DNA of 64,000 nucleotides from a virus (Duplodnaviria; Heunggongvirae; Uroviricota; Caudoviricetes): IMG/VR virus record IMGVR_UViG_3300037067_007156, positions 397,519 to 461,518 of that record; one strand, 5' to 3'. Shown piece by piece: positions 51,715 to 61,973 of this stretch (position 1 is its first letter; each line of letters starts with the position of its first letter). The notes under the pieces were generated by a model. It saw only the letters and a program-made list of their open reading frames with translations, ran no database searches and was not told where the DNA came from. The position numbers and the translations under genes were made by a program.

Positions 51715-52321
51715 TTATCCTTCAATTGAAGGCTCATTATCTGGTAAAGGTTCAACCTCTATTACAGGTTCATTAACTATATCAACAATTGAATCAGTCA
51801 CGATTTGATTGATATCATCTACATTTACGTCAACATCAACATCAACACCAACTTCATCAGCGTTTACAATATTTTCAGATTGTGTTTCTATTTTTCTTCT
51901 TTCTTCAAATAATTGTCTAAAGAGTTCCATCTTTTTTTTATCATTGCTTTTCTTAGCATGTTTTACCATTAAACCATGATGTTTGGCTTTCCTTTGACTT
52001 TCTTTGCTTCTTTTTGTTTTAGACATATTACTTCATTTTTTATTTTTATATTAAATAATCATTCAAAAGTTGATTTTTATTTGGAATATTTTTTTCAATA
52101 AATACCACTAACGAATCAATATTTTTATATTCGTATATATTTGATATTTTAAAGTCCGTTAAGAAATTTATATCAGCCTCTAACCGATAGTTATTATTTT
52201 TATCAACCCAATATATTAAATCATATTGTTTTTCTTTAATAACCAAAGATAATAATAATGCAAGACCATTATCAATTTGTCCTATTATATCTGTAATTGA
52301 AATTGAAATTTCAGAAGTCAT
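51715..52321 (-). CDS. Two hypothetical genes (51715..52026, basic N-terminus and acidic C-terminus; 52046..52321)
   Basis: ORF track. Confidence 0.7.
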
Positions 52322-52376
52322 AACAATTAATTAGGATATTTATTTTTTAATATATATTAAAAAAATATAGTTCCAT

Positions 52377-52748
52377 ATGGCTATTCGTGATTACAAAGAT
52401 ATCTATATAAAGTATGAAGGTCACCCTAAATATAGTTCAGAATATATAATCGAAGATGATGTTATCAATGTTATTATTCAAAAATTAGAGATGATATTGT
52501 TTTCAAGAAAAGGTGAAGTGTTAGGCGACCCTGATATGGGATGCGATATAGAGTTTTATCTATGGAAAACTAAAGTTCCAGCTAAACAAATTAAAAAAAT
52601 AATAACTGACCAAATTGTAATATACATCCCTGAATTAACACAATTAGAATATGATATTAATATAGAAATATATGAGGGTACTATTCAGGATATAATGTAT
52701 ATAACTACTACAATCAAAGATTATAATGTGAAATTTATTTTTCAATAA
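52377..52748 (+). CDS. Baseplate wedge protein, T4 gp25-like
   Basis: ILFSRKGEVLGDPDMGCDIEFYLW...IVIYIPEL, the gp25/GPW pattern. Confidence 0.75.
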   Translation: MAIRDYKDIYIKYEGHPKYSSEYIIEDDVINVIIQKLEMILFSRKGEVLGDPDMGCDIEFYLWKTKVPAKQIKKIITDQIVIYIPELTQLEYDINIEIYEGTIQDIMYITTTIKDYNVKFIFQ

Positions 52749-52914
52749 TTGAAATTATTTTCATTTTTCGAAGTAATAATTTATATTCTTTCATTGATAA
52801 TGGCTGCAAATATACAACGTTTTTAGATAAAAAAAGTATCATTTAATTTTTTTAATTTCTTAAAATGTTATATGTTTGTTGTTATAAATAGTAAAAACTT
52901 AAATACGAGAACAA

Positions 52915-53115
52915 ATGATTGAACAACCACAAAACCCAACATTACCTACACACGGTGTTAGCTACCGTTATTTGATTCAAGTTATTTCAAAACAGTCAAA
53001 CCAAGTTATTCATGAAATACCTTGCAAATCATATATTGGAGCTGACAGAGTGCAGGACGGTGTTGAATTAAATATGAATCACGAACTATATTATACAAAG
53101 TTGGTCACTTTATAA
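52915..53115 (+). CDS. Small hypothetical protein
   Basis: ORF track; TATGTTTG box at 52871..52878. Confidence 0.6.
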   Translation: MIEQPQNPTLPTHGVSYRYLIQVISKQSNQVIHEIPCKSYIGADRVQDGVELNMNHELYYTKLVTL

Positions 53116-53408
53116 TGGTTGGCTAACTCGGAAATATCATTACCATATTCATCTATTATTTGAAATTCATCAAAAGAACAAGTTTCACCATCTTTTCTTG
53201 GTAATTCACCTATATATTCATTATATGTTTCGTTAGTCCATCCATCGAATAAACCACAATTATCATTGAATTTAGTTGTGTCTTCTATATATTTTTCAAA
53301 TGGTAAACCATCTAATTCAACCAACCTTCCTTCAACAAACCATGTATCTTCAAGTGTTATGAATTTACATTTTTTCAATATTTCAATATATTCTTTATTA
53401 ATATTCAT
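53091..53408 (-). CDS. Hypothetical protein
   Basis: ORF track. Confidence 0.7.
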   Translation of the reverse strand: MNINKEYIEILKKCKFITLEDTWFVEGRLVELDGLPFEKYIEDTTKFNDNCGLFDGWTNETYNEYIGELPRKDGETCSFDEFQIIDEYGNDISELANHYKVTNFV

Positions 53409-53709
53409 GATTCAAAATTATTTTATCTAATAATGCTTGTGTTGCATTTATTATTTTTTCATATTTTATTATTTCTTGTTCGTTTTCTGTATTCTTCAAT
53501 TTATTCAAATTGTGAATAATCCAAGCTTCAGGAATTCTATTACCTTTGTTTAAATTGCATTCTAAACAACATCTAACTTTCAATTTACCACCTCTACATT
53601 TTGGAAAAAAATGGTCTGCTGTTGTATTACATCTTTTGCCACAATAAAAACACACATTTTTATCACCAATTGTTATATTATCTGAAAACTCAAAATGTTG
53701 TACCATCAT
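53398..53709 (-). CDS. HNH endonuclease
   Basis: CFYCG...TADHFFPKCRGG...CCLECNLNKG. Confidence 0.85.
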   Translation of the reverse strand: MMVQHFEFSDNITIGDKNVCFYCGKRCNTTADHFFPKCRGGKLKVRCCLECNLNKGNRIPEAWIIHNLNKLKNTENEQEIIKYEKIINATQALLDKIILNHEY

Positions 53710-54056
53710 TCTTCAAAAATTATTTCTTTGAGTTTTTCTTTCCTTAATTTAATTATCAATTTTGATATACAATTTTTAATACAATCATCAAGAGTCATCC
53801 CATAAAACATTTTAAACGTAAATCCATATCCATTAAATTCATATTTGGTTAAATCTATCCAATTTTGGTCAACTATAACATATTCGGTATGTATGTTTTC
53901 ACCAATTCCTCGTTTTCTTTCTGTCATATTTCTGTATCCCCAATATCCATTTGAATTTGTATCGGGTTTAATAAGGAGAACATTTTCATTTTTAATTATA
54001 GGTTTCGAATTATTTTCACTATATAATTCGAAATAAATATATTTAATATCATTCAT
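53706..54056 (-). CDS. Hypothetical protein with C-terminal tag LRKEKLKEIIF
   Basis: ORF track (likely start MNDIKY). Confidence 0.7.
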   Translation of the reverse strand: MNDIKYIYFELYSENNSKPIIKNENVLLIKPDTNSNGYWGYRNMTERKRGIGENIHTEYVIVDQNWIDLTKYEFNGYGFTFKMFYGMTLDDCIKNCISKLIIKLRKEKLKEIIFEE

Positions 54057-54070
54057 TTTTAAACTTATGA

Positions 54071-55807
54071 TTAGGATAACCACTCATATTTTAAATTACC
54101 AGAATTAAATATTCTGTATATTTTTCTCTCTAACATAATCTCATGCTCAGTTTTATTAGAATCATATCCTTGTTTTACTAAAACATCTTTTCTAAAACCA
54201 AAACGATGTTTTCGTTCATTATTTATTATATAATGATAATTAGGTGGGGTTTTTTGTATAAATTTAAATCCCATCCTTTCATATAAATCACCAGTTGACC
54301 AGCTTCTATCTGCATAAGTTACAATTTTTCTCGGATTATACGTTTTAATAAAATATTGAAATAATTTATTTGCAGCTCCTACAACACTGGTATATTTTTT
54401 ACTACAAAATCTCAACAATTCATATTCACCAATTTCGGATTTAGAATTCATAAATGTTCTTAAATTACCAAAAGTCATTAATGATACTATTTCTTCATTA
54501 TAAAATAAACCAAGTTTAACAGAAGATGGTGAATTACCTTGTATATGATTATCATTTAAAAAATTCGTTGTTAATGAAGTATCAAATAATTCTTTTACCA
54601 CACATTTTCTGGCGAATATTTTATTAGGTGTTTTATTTAATATATTAAGAATTCTTGATTTAACAATATCAGTTTTATATAACCATTCGTCTTCATATAT
54701 ATGTATAAGTTGAATTCCTAATTTTTCACATTGTTCTGTTTTATTATAATGATATTTATCCGATTTAAACAATTCACTGTGCCAATATAATCCGTTAATT
54801 TCTATTGCGATTTTTTTATCTTTAAAATAAAAATCAACTTGCCTTTTATCATCAAATAAATTCTTGTTTTTTTCATAAAACGAATCAATAGAAAATGAAT
54901 CTAAAAACATTTTTAATTCATTTTCATATCTACTTTTAGAAAATGAACCAATTGGATTACATTCGGTGCATAATATTACACCAAATCTACTTCTATTATG
55001 GTATAAATTGATTGGGATTTTAACTTCACTTTTACAATATTCACAATTTATTACATAAATTTCTTCATTGTAATTTATATCTAATATTGGATATGATTTA
55101 TGTTTTTCATTTAAATTAATAAGATTTTTTTTCTGTAATGTTTCTTTAATATTATTAACAACGTTTTCGTTTTTAGTGGGGTTATCTACACCGTATTTTT
55201 CAATGCAAGTACTTTTTATCTTTTCTATATTGTTATAATTTTCAGTATTATATTTATTTTTTCTTGTGTTTTTATTTTTCTTTTTAACTTCTTCATTTTT
55301 CGATGGTCTATCAAACCCATATATCCCAATACAGGTTTGTTTAGATTTGTTCATTATTTCTTTATTCTGCATTGGATAATCAACACCAAGATTTTTATTA
55401 TTAGTTTCTCTAATTTTAGTTTTTATATCTTCATTTTGAAAAACATTATCAACACCATACTTTTCATTATTAGTTTTTTTCATTTTTTCTTTAATATCAT
55501 TATTCTGCATCGGATTATCAGTCTTATATCTGATTAAATTTGTCTTCTTATTTTTCATATATGAACAACCATGACAAGTATAAATGTTATATTTTTTATA
55601 ATTTTTATGATATTTCTGATAGGGTATTATAGATTCCTTTCCACATATATCACACTTCACATGCACCAATATTTTAGTGCCTTTGGTTAATATTTTCGGG
55701 TCAACTGAAATGATATCACCGACATTAATATTTTCAAACCCATTTTGTTTATAATATATTATATTATTATAAGATATTTTAACATTTACCGATATATCTA
55801 AAAGCAT
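54071..55807 (-). CDS. Putative homing-endonuclease-like protein: Zn ribbon, KYGVDN repeats, PD-(D/E)xK/Vsr-like nuclease and GNAT-like C-terminal domain
   Basis: CDICG; repeated (E)KYGVDN[PV]; VDFY...IAIEINGLYWH...IHIYEDEW; NHIQG...YELLRFC...TYADRSWS. Likely start MLLDIS at 55807. Confidence 0.7.
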   Translation of the reverse strand: MLLDISVNVKISYNNIIYYKQNGFENINVGDIISVDPKILTKGTKILVHVKCDICGKESIIPYQKYHKNYKKYNIYTCHGCSYMKNKKTNLIRYKTDNPMQNNDIKEKMKKTNNEKYGVDNVFQNEDIKTKIRETNNKNLGVDYPMQNKEIMNKSKQTCIGIYGFDRPSKNEEVKKKNKNTRKNKYNTENYNNIEKIKSTCIEKYGVDNPTKNENVVNNIKETLQKKNLINLNEKHKSYPILDINYNEEIYVINCEYCKSEVKIPINLYHNRSRFGVILCTECNPIGSFSKSRYENELKMFLDSFSIDSFYEKNKNLFDDKRQVDFYFKDKKIAIEINGLYWHSELFKSDKYHYNKTEQCEKLGIQLIHIYEDEWLYKTDIVKSRILNILNKTPNKIFARKCVVKELFDTSLTTNFLNDNHIQGNSPSSVKLGLFYNEEIVSLMTFGNLRTFMNSKSEIGEYELLRFCSKKYTSVVGAANKLFQYFIKTYNPRKIVTYADRSWSTGDLYERMGFKFIQKTPPNYHYIINNERKHRFGFRKDVLVKQGYDSNKTEHEIMLERKIYRIFNSGNLKYEWLS

Positions 55808-55829
55808 GGATATTAGTATGTTTTTATTT

Positions 55830-55839
55830 TTATATATAA
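55830..55839. promoter_or_regulatory. Palindromic TTATATATAA box; candidate bidirectional phage late promoter
   Basis: Sits about 20 bp from both the terminase ATG (55860) and the divergent endonuclease ATG (55807); similar [AT]ATATATA boxes precede gp25, the tail fibre and the N-tagged genes. Confidence 0.55.
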
Positions 55840-55859
55840 TAAAAAATGATAAAAGTTTT

Positions 55860-58055
55860 ATGTTTCCAACAAAAACAACAAAAGATAATAATTTAGTTTT
55901 TTCAACAGAAAAAATAGAAGAAATATTAAGAAAAGAAGATTTAGGTATAAAAAGAACCAGAGATGAACACATTTGGTTAAATAATATACACGGAGTTCGA
56001 AAACCCAATTTAAAATTCGGATTCACCCAAGAAGAAATACAAGAATACGCTAAATGTAAATTGGACGTGCAATATTTCGCTGAGAAATATTGTATGGTTA
56101 AAAGAGAAGATGGTAGTGTAGGTAATATAAAATTAAGAGATTATCAAAAAGACATTATCAATTTATACGATAAAAGCAAGTATTCCATCTTAATGGCATC
56201 CAGACAAACAGGTAAAACAATTTCATCGAGTATTTTCATCCTACATTTTTGTTTATTTAATTCAGATAAAAATGTGATGATTGTGGCCAACAAAGGACAA
56301 ACAGTGGAGGAAATTGTTTCTAAAATTAAATCAATTTATACACATTTACCATTTTTCTTAAAATGTGGTGTGGTGAGTTGGAATCAAAAATCATTAACAT
56401 TTGAAAATGGTTGTAGAATAAAATCGGAAAAAAGAACTAAAGAACCAGCAATTGGTTTCACCATTGATTTATTATACCTCGATGAGTTCGCTAAAATTCC
56501 AAACAATATCATTCGACCATATTATACATCAGTTGTACCAACCGTTTCGTCTATCAAGAATTCAAAAATTATTGTTACGTCAACACCCGATGGGTTTAAT
56601 TTATTTTGGGAATTACTTAGAGATGGTGAAAAAGACCACGATGACCCAGATTGGAATCAGTTTAACGCTATGCGAGTATATTGGTGGCAGATAGAAGGTC
56701 GTAGAGATACAAAAATATATTTTTTAAAGAACAAGTTAGAAAAATATAATTTAAATAAAGAAAATGTTTTAGATATATTAAAAACCAAATATGGTTTCGA
56801 AATTAAAGAAGATTTCGAAGAAGGCGAAAAAGTATTTTATCATATAAAATATGATAGTGATATTGAAAACACTGAAATAGATTTTATAAGAACTATCAGG
56901 ATAAATGAAAATATCCCGTTGGTTGATATTTGTACAGTTACTAATTGGAAGGAACAACAAACTAAATTAATAGGTGGGGAAGAAGCATTTAAACAAGAGT
57001 ATGATATTCAATTTTTAGCTGGTAATAAATTGTTAATCGATAATGTTATGTTGGAAAAAATGAGAAAAGCAGAATCAAACTTTGAATATGTAGATTTCGA
57101 AAAAATATCTAAAAAATTTGTTTTACCATATACTGATTTGAAATTTATAAAAGATAGGCCAGATTTATTCGATATTAAAAAAGTAAAAGATTATTATATA
57201 TTATATGGGGTTGATTTAGGTGAAGGATTATCACAAGATTATAGTGTTATAAATATTTTTAGATTAATTCCAAAATCGATAGAAGAAATTGAAAAACACA
57301 AACATAAGTTCGCTGATATATATGATTACTTTAAAGTAGAACAAATTGGATTGTTCCGAAATAATATTTATTCTTTAAATGAAGTAGCACATTTATTTTA
57401 TTTACTTTCACATGAAGTATTTGATTCAGAAAAATCTAAGGCTGTTCTTGAATATAATACATATGGTGGTGAATTCTTAGCACATTTACCGAATGTATTT
57501 AATCAACAAAATAATTATTCAAATGGTATTTTCATGAGGTTTAAACACAGAAAAGAAGATAAAGCATCAAAAATAGGATTGAAAGTAACGGGTGGTAATG
57601 ATGGTAAAAAATTATTAGTTAAAGAGTTTCAAAATACTATGAAAAAGGGTAATATAACCTTACATAATGTCATTTGTATAAACGAATTATCAGTTTTTAC
57701 TAAAAAAGAAACACCCAGTGGTGATATCACTTATAAATCGGAATCTGGTCACGACGACACAGTAATGAGTGAAGTTAATTTAGCGAATGCATTAAAAACC
57801 ACAGCTTATAAAAACATGGTTGATTCTGTCATACAATTTGAATTAACTTCTGATATGAGGATACTAATTGAAAAATATATTCATGCAAATCCTGAATTAA
57901 CATCAAATCCAAATTTAGACTCATTTGGTTCTGGATATAGAAAAGTATATAATAATACAAATCCTATGTATAATAAACCAAATATACCTAAGAAAAATTT
58001 ATTTTTAAATAATAATACTGGTAATTCTTTTTATAAAAAAAATATGTATAACTAA
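55860..58055 (+). CDS. Terminase large subunit, T4 gp17-like
   Basis: LRDYQ, Walker A ASRQTGKT, Walker B LYLDEFA, STPDG, nuclease GVDLGEG..DYS and GHDDTVM. Confidence 0.93.
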   Translation: MFPTKTTKDNNLVFSTEKIEEILRKEDLGIKRTRDEHIWLNNIHGVRKPNLKFGFTQEEIQEYAKCKLDVQYFAEKYCMVKREDGSVGNIKLRDYQKDIINLYDKSKYSILMASRQTGKTISSSIFILHFCLFNSDKNVMIVANKGQTVEEIVSKIKSIYTHLPFFLKCGVVSWNQKSLTFENGCRIKSEKRTKEPAIGFTIDLLYLDEFAKIPNNIIRPYYTSVVPTVSSIKNSKIIVTSTPDGFNLFWELLRDGEKDHDDPDWNQFNAMRVYWWQIEGRRDTKIYFLKNKLEKYNLNKENVLDILKTKYGFEIKEDFEEGEKVFYHIKYDSDIENTEIDFIRTIRINENIPLVDICTVTNWKEQQTKLIGGEEAFKQEYDIQFLAGNKLLIDNVMLEKMRKAESNFEYVDFEKISKKFVLPYTDLKFIKDRPDLFDIKKVKDYYILYGVDLGEGLSQDYSVINIFRLIPKSIEEIEKHKHKFADIYDYFKVEQIGLFRNNIYSLNEVAHLFYLLSHEVFDSEKSKAVLEYNTYGGEFLAHLPNVFNQQNNYSNGIFMRFKHRKEDKASKIGLKVTGGNDGKKLLVKEFQNTMKKGNITLHNVICINELSVFTKKETPSGDITYKSESGHDDTVMSEVNLANALKTTAYKNMVDSVIQFELTSDMRILIEKYIHANPELTSNPNLDSFGSGYRKVYNNTNPMYNKPNIPKKNLFLNNNTGNSFYKKNMYN

Positions 58056-58103
58056 CAACTTTTTGTTATTTCAGTAATATACAATTTAAAATGTATATTT
58101 TAT

Positions 58104-58949
58104 ATGGCAAAAAGAGAAACAAAAAAATTGGAGTTTGTTATAACTATCGATAAATTGGAATTACTAATTAGTAAACTCACAGATTTATCAGCTATTGATG
58201 ATTTTGTAGTTATGAAGTTAAATAACGAGGATACTATATTATATTCAGCAGCTTATACGGGAACTAATAGTAGAACTAAAGAAAATATTTTAGCTTTTAA
58301 AAATTTTATATTTAAAACGGAGGATATTTTTACCATTAATACGAAAATTGACAGTGAAATAAATTTTATAATCAAAGAAACTAAGAAAACTATAAAAAAC
58401 ATCAGAAACTTTATGGATTTGGGTTTGGATGAATTAATAAAATGTAAATTATCCTATGATGAATTAAATGGTTTTCAGTTCGGGGATTCTTTGATGTTTA
58501 AAAATAGTAAATTAAAACTTGATTTTCCAGGTGGTTCACCGATAGATTCTGATATTAATATATCTAAAGACCTCATCGAAAGAGCTACAAATAAAAGTAA
58601 AGTTGAAGTTAAATTTATACTTTCTAAAGATGATTATGACAAAGCTAAGAAAATGTCATATATTGAAAAAGATAATGAAATAATATATTTTACTATTTAT
58701 GAAAATGAATTGCGAGTTGGTGAAAATCGCTGGTCACTTAAACTTCAGGATTATCAATATATCAATGAAATAAAAGATGCAAATGGTGTGGTTATAGATA
58801 CTAAGAATCTTGAATTAAATGCTTCTATTCATAAAAAATATTTCAAAACAATCACATGTGGTGATGAAGGTATAAATGTTGATATTTATGCTACCCACCT
58901 TTTACTTAACAACAACGAATCAACATTATTAATATCAAGACAAATGTAA
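58104..58949 (+). CDS. Probable DNA polymerase sliding clamp-like protein
   Basis: Size and repeating helix/strand pattern (LISKLTDLSAIDDFVVMK...FILSKDDYDKAKK) reminiscent of gp45/PCNA; no diagnostic motif. Confidence 0.4.
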   Translation: MAKRETKKLEFVITIDKLELLISKLTDLSAIDDFVVMKLNNEDTILYSAAYTGTNSRTKENILAFKNFIFKTEDIFTINTKIDSEINFIIKETKKTIKNIRNFMDLGLDELIKCKLSYDELNGFQFGDSLMFKNSKLKLDFPGGSPIDSDINISKDLIERATNKSKVEVKFILSKDDYDKAKKMSYIEKDNEIIYFTIYENELRVGENRWSLKLQDYQYINEIKDANGVVIDTKNLELNASIHKKYFKTITCGDEGINVDIYATHLLLNNNESTLLISRQM

Positions 58950-58964
58950 AAATAATATTATAAT

Positions 58965-60152
58965 TTGGAAAATAATAATAAAGTATATAGAACAATCGAA
59001 GAATGTAAAGAAGTAGCACTTAAATATACTAAAAAAATAGAATTTAGAAAAAATAGTAGAACTATATATAACTTTTGTTACAAACATGGTTGGTTAGATG
59101 ATGTTTGTTCACATATGATTAAAAACACATATTGGAATTATGATAAATGCAAAGAAATAGCTTTAAAATTTAAAAATAGAGCTAATTTTAATAAGAAGTC
59201 TTTTGGGGCTTATAATATGGCACTTAAAATGAAATGGTTAGATGAAATATGTTCTCATATGACTATTGAACATTTACCTAATGGTTATTGGAACTTTGAA
59301 AGATGTAAAGAAGAAGCACTCAAATATAATACTAAAAAAGAATTCAAAGAAAATAATGCTTCAGCTCTTGTTATAGCAAGACGCAACGGTTGGTTAAAAG
59401 AAATTTGTGAACACATGGTTAGTATTGGAAATAAATATAAAAGGTGTATTTATTCTTACGAATTTCCAGATAATTTCGCATATATAGGATTAACATATAA
59501 TCTCACTGAACGACACAATAATAGATTTTCCAAAAAAATAGATATTGTTTATAAGCATTATAATAAAACAGGTCTTAATCCAATATTAAAACAATTAACA
59601 GAATATGTTGATGTCGAAAAATCTAAAATACTTGAAAATTTTTATGTTGAAAAATATAAATCAGATGGATGGAATATTTTAAATATATATGATACTGGAG
59701 GAATTGGTGGTAGTACTTTATATTGGACAAAAGAAAAATGTATAGAAGCGGTATTAAAATGTTCATCGAGAACTGAATTTAAAAATAAATATAGAGGCGC
59801 ACAAAATTCTGCATTTAAAAATAAATGGTATAAAGAAATAATTGAATTAATACCAAAGAATAAAAATATAAAATATACTAAAACTATTTGTTTAGAAAAA
59901 GCTTTATTATGTAAAACTCGACAAGAATTTAAAAAAAGATTTATACATGAATTTAGTGCAGCATATAAATATAAATGGTTAGATGATATATGTACACACA
60001 TGTCAAGAAAATTAAAATGGTCTTATGATAAATGTAAAGAAGCATCATTATTATGTAAAAATAAACATGAATTAGAATTAAAATATAAAGGTGCTTATAA
60101 TTCTGCACTTAAAAATAAATGGATAAATGATTTTTTTAATAAAAGTATATGA
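58965..60152 (+). CDS. GIY-YIG homing-endonuclease-like protein with about six tandem helical repeats
   Basis: CIYSYEFPDNFAYIGLT core; repeats W..EKCKE.ALK...R.EF...AY..A.K..WLD.IC.HM on both sides; start codon uncertain (TTG). Confidence 0.75.
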   Translation: MENNNKVYRTIEECKEVALKYTKKIEFRKNSRTIYNFCYKHGWLDDVCSHMIKNTYWNYDKCKEIALKFKNRANFNKKSFGAYNMALKMKWLDEICSHMTIEHLPNGYWNFERCKEEALKYNTKKEFKENNASALVIARRNGWLKEICEHMVSIGNKYKRCIYSYEFPDNFAYIGLTYNLTERHNNRFSKKIDIVYKHYNKTGLNPILKQLTEYVDVEKSKILENFYVEKYKSDGWNILNIYDTGGIGGSTLYWTKEKCIEAVLKCSSRTEFKNKYRGAQNSAFKNKWYKEIIELIPKNKNIKYTKTICLEKALLCKTRQEFKKRFIHEFSAAYKYKWLDDICTHMSRKLKWSYDKCKEASLLCKNKHELELKYKGAYNSALKNKWINDFFNKSI

Positions 60153-60586
60153 ATAAATGGAATAGTAGATTTTTAGAAATTTCCAATTTAGTTTCTACAT
60201 GGAGTAAAGACACAAGAACTAAAGTTGGAGCTGTTATTGTTTCTGGTAGAAATCCTATATCTTTAGGATTTAATGGGTTTCCAGTTGGTTGTGATGACAA
60301 TGTGAAAGAAAGATATGAAACGCCTCAAAAATATTTTTGGACTCAACATGCTGAAGCGAATTCAATAACCCAAGCAGCTAAGAATGGGCAAAAGACAGAT
60401 GGTTGTGATATGTATGTTAATTTATTCCCTTGTGCTAATTGCGCTGGAATGATAGTCAACGCTGGTATTAAAAGAGTTTTTTGTGAAAATGAACCAGATT
60501 TTAATCATGAAAGGTGGGGAGAAAGTTGGAAAATAGCTTTTACAATTTTCACAGAAGCAAAAGTTGATATAATTTATTTGAAATAA
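60149..60586 (+). CDS. dCMP deaminase
   Basis: KVGAVIV, GFNG, HAEAN, PCANC. Confidence 0.9.
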   Translation: MNKWNSRFLEISNLVSTWSKDTRTKVGAVIVSGRNPISLGFNGFPVGCDDNVKERYETPQKYFWTQHAEANSITQAAKNGQKTDGCDMYVNLFPCANCAGMIVNAGIKRVFCENEPDFNHERWGESWKIAFTIFTEAKVDIIYLK

Positions 60587-60622
60587 AATATATATCTTTA
60601 CAAAAATAAAAATATAAAATTT

Positions 60623-61452
60623 ATGACTTCTAACGAGAAACCAGAAATATTTATTTGTGAATGTTATTCAACAGAACACCAGTTAGTGATTAAACATGAC
60701 CCAGATGAAAAATATCATAATTTATATCTGAATGTTCATTTAATCACATATAAAAATATTTTTAAAAGAATATGGGTTTCTTTAAAATATATTTTTGGAT
60801 ATAAATGTCGATATGGTCATTGGGATGAATTTATTTTTAATAAAAAAGATGCTGAAAGATTAATTGAAATTTTAAAGAAAATAAAATAATGATTACTCCA
60901 CAAGAATCTACAAAAGCAACACTACCATTAAAAATAGTTAGAAATGGATTCGTTCAAGCTATGAACGGTCATGAGCTTTGGGTTAACACTGAAACAGATG
61001 AGATGATTAAAATAGTTGTTCATGATGAAACACTTTTAAGGAAATTATATTGTTCACATGTTAAAATAACAATCGAAACTTTCGATGAATAAAAAATCGA
61101 ATTATAAAATAGTTGTTTGGTTAGATGAAGATTACACTAAATCAGATGAATTTGAATGTATATCTACGTTAACAGATGAACAAATAACAGAAGAAGTTGA
61201 TAAAAGATACTCGTTGTGGTACTATTATGATATATGGTAAAAAGTTAAAAATAAAAAATTATGCCAAGATTAATTGAAATAATTAAAGATTGTGAAAAAA
61301 CAGTCATTCACACGGATTGTGGTGCAAAGATAGGTTATTATCTAAATGAAGTGAAAAGTTATATAAAAGAAGATTACGGTGGCGGAAAAGACACAGTTTA
61401 TTATATAATTTGTCCAAATTGTGGACAAAAGGTGGTTGTAAACGGTTATTAA
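60623..61452 (+). CDS. Small hypothetical genes (60623..60889, 60889..61092, 61261..61452 Zn-ribbon, plus a short ORF between the last two)
   Basis: ORF track. Confidence 0.6.
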
Positions 61453-61633
61453 AAATATAAATTATGGCAATACACATTAAAATAACGATGAAATCTGGTG
61501 ATGTATTTCATTTTGATGATTGTACGAACGATTATAATGAAACACTATATACAGTAATTAAAAATGTTGATGGGAAAACGAAAACAATTAATCGCTTTCC
61601 CATTAGACATATATTTCATATAAAAGAAGAATA

Positions 61634-61960
61634 TTAAAATACTATATCAATAATTTTAATAGTATCTGCCAGATATACATTATGTGGGGAATGTTCTTTT
61701 TTTCTTAAATATTTAGCATAACAAGAAACTATACCTTTATTTTCTTTATTTTTAAATCGTTGAAGGTATTTAACACATTCATCATAGGTTAACATTACAT
61801 GTAAACCAGATATATATTTCGTGCCACTACCGTCATTCACCATTTTTTTATCAGCAGTAATCCAAACATTTTTTTCCATAACTCTGGTATTGTTAATACC
61901 ATGAAATAGTGTTTTTATTTGTCCGTTTTTTACTTCAACAATTTTATAATAAATTTTCAT
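61634..61960 (-). CDS. Hypothetical protein
   Basis: ORF track. Confidence 0.7.
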   Translation of the reverse strand: MKIYYKIVEVKNGQIKTLFHGINNTRVMEKNVWITADKKMVNDGSGTKYISGLHVMLTYDECVKYLQRFKNKENKGIVSCYAKYLRKKEHSPHNVYLADTIKIIDIVF

Positions 61961-61973
61961 ATTAATAATGTTA

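Noticed and set aside
55806-56026. Apparent 220-bp overlap between the terminase and endonuclease ORFs
   Set aside because: Artefact of longest-ORF calling; better starts at 55860 (+) and 55807 (-) leave a 52-bp promoter gap.
56706-56942. Intein in the terminase
   Set aside because: No C/S start, no HN-C/S/T end and no LAGLIDADG motifs.
782-60001. Opposite-strand or nested track ORFs (e.g. 782..1180, 5153..5350, 9129..9518, 14699..15442, 16404..16673, 17036..17458, 19708..20001, 23834..24502, 41391..42001, 49628..49885, 56452..56960, 59642..60001)
   Set aside because: Shadows of well-supported genes, with F/L/S/I-rich antisense composition and no motifs.
58965-60152. Tandem DNA repeats as a CRISPR-like array
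   Set aside because: They are degenerate protein-level repeats inside one open frame of a GIY-YIG protein.
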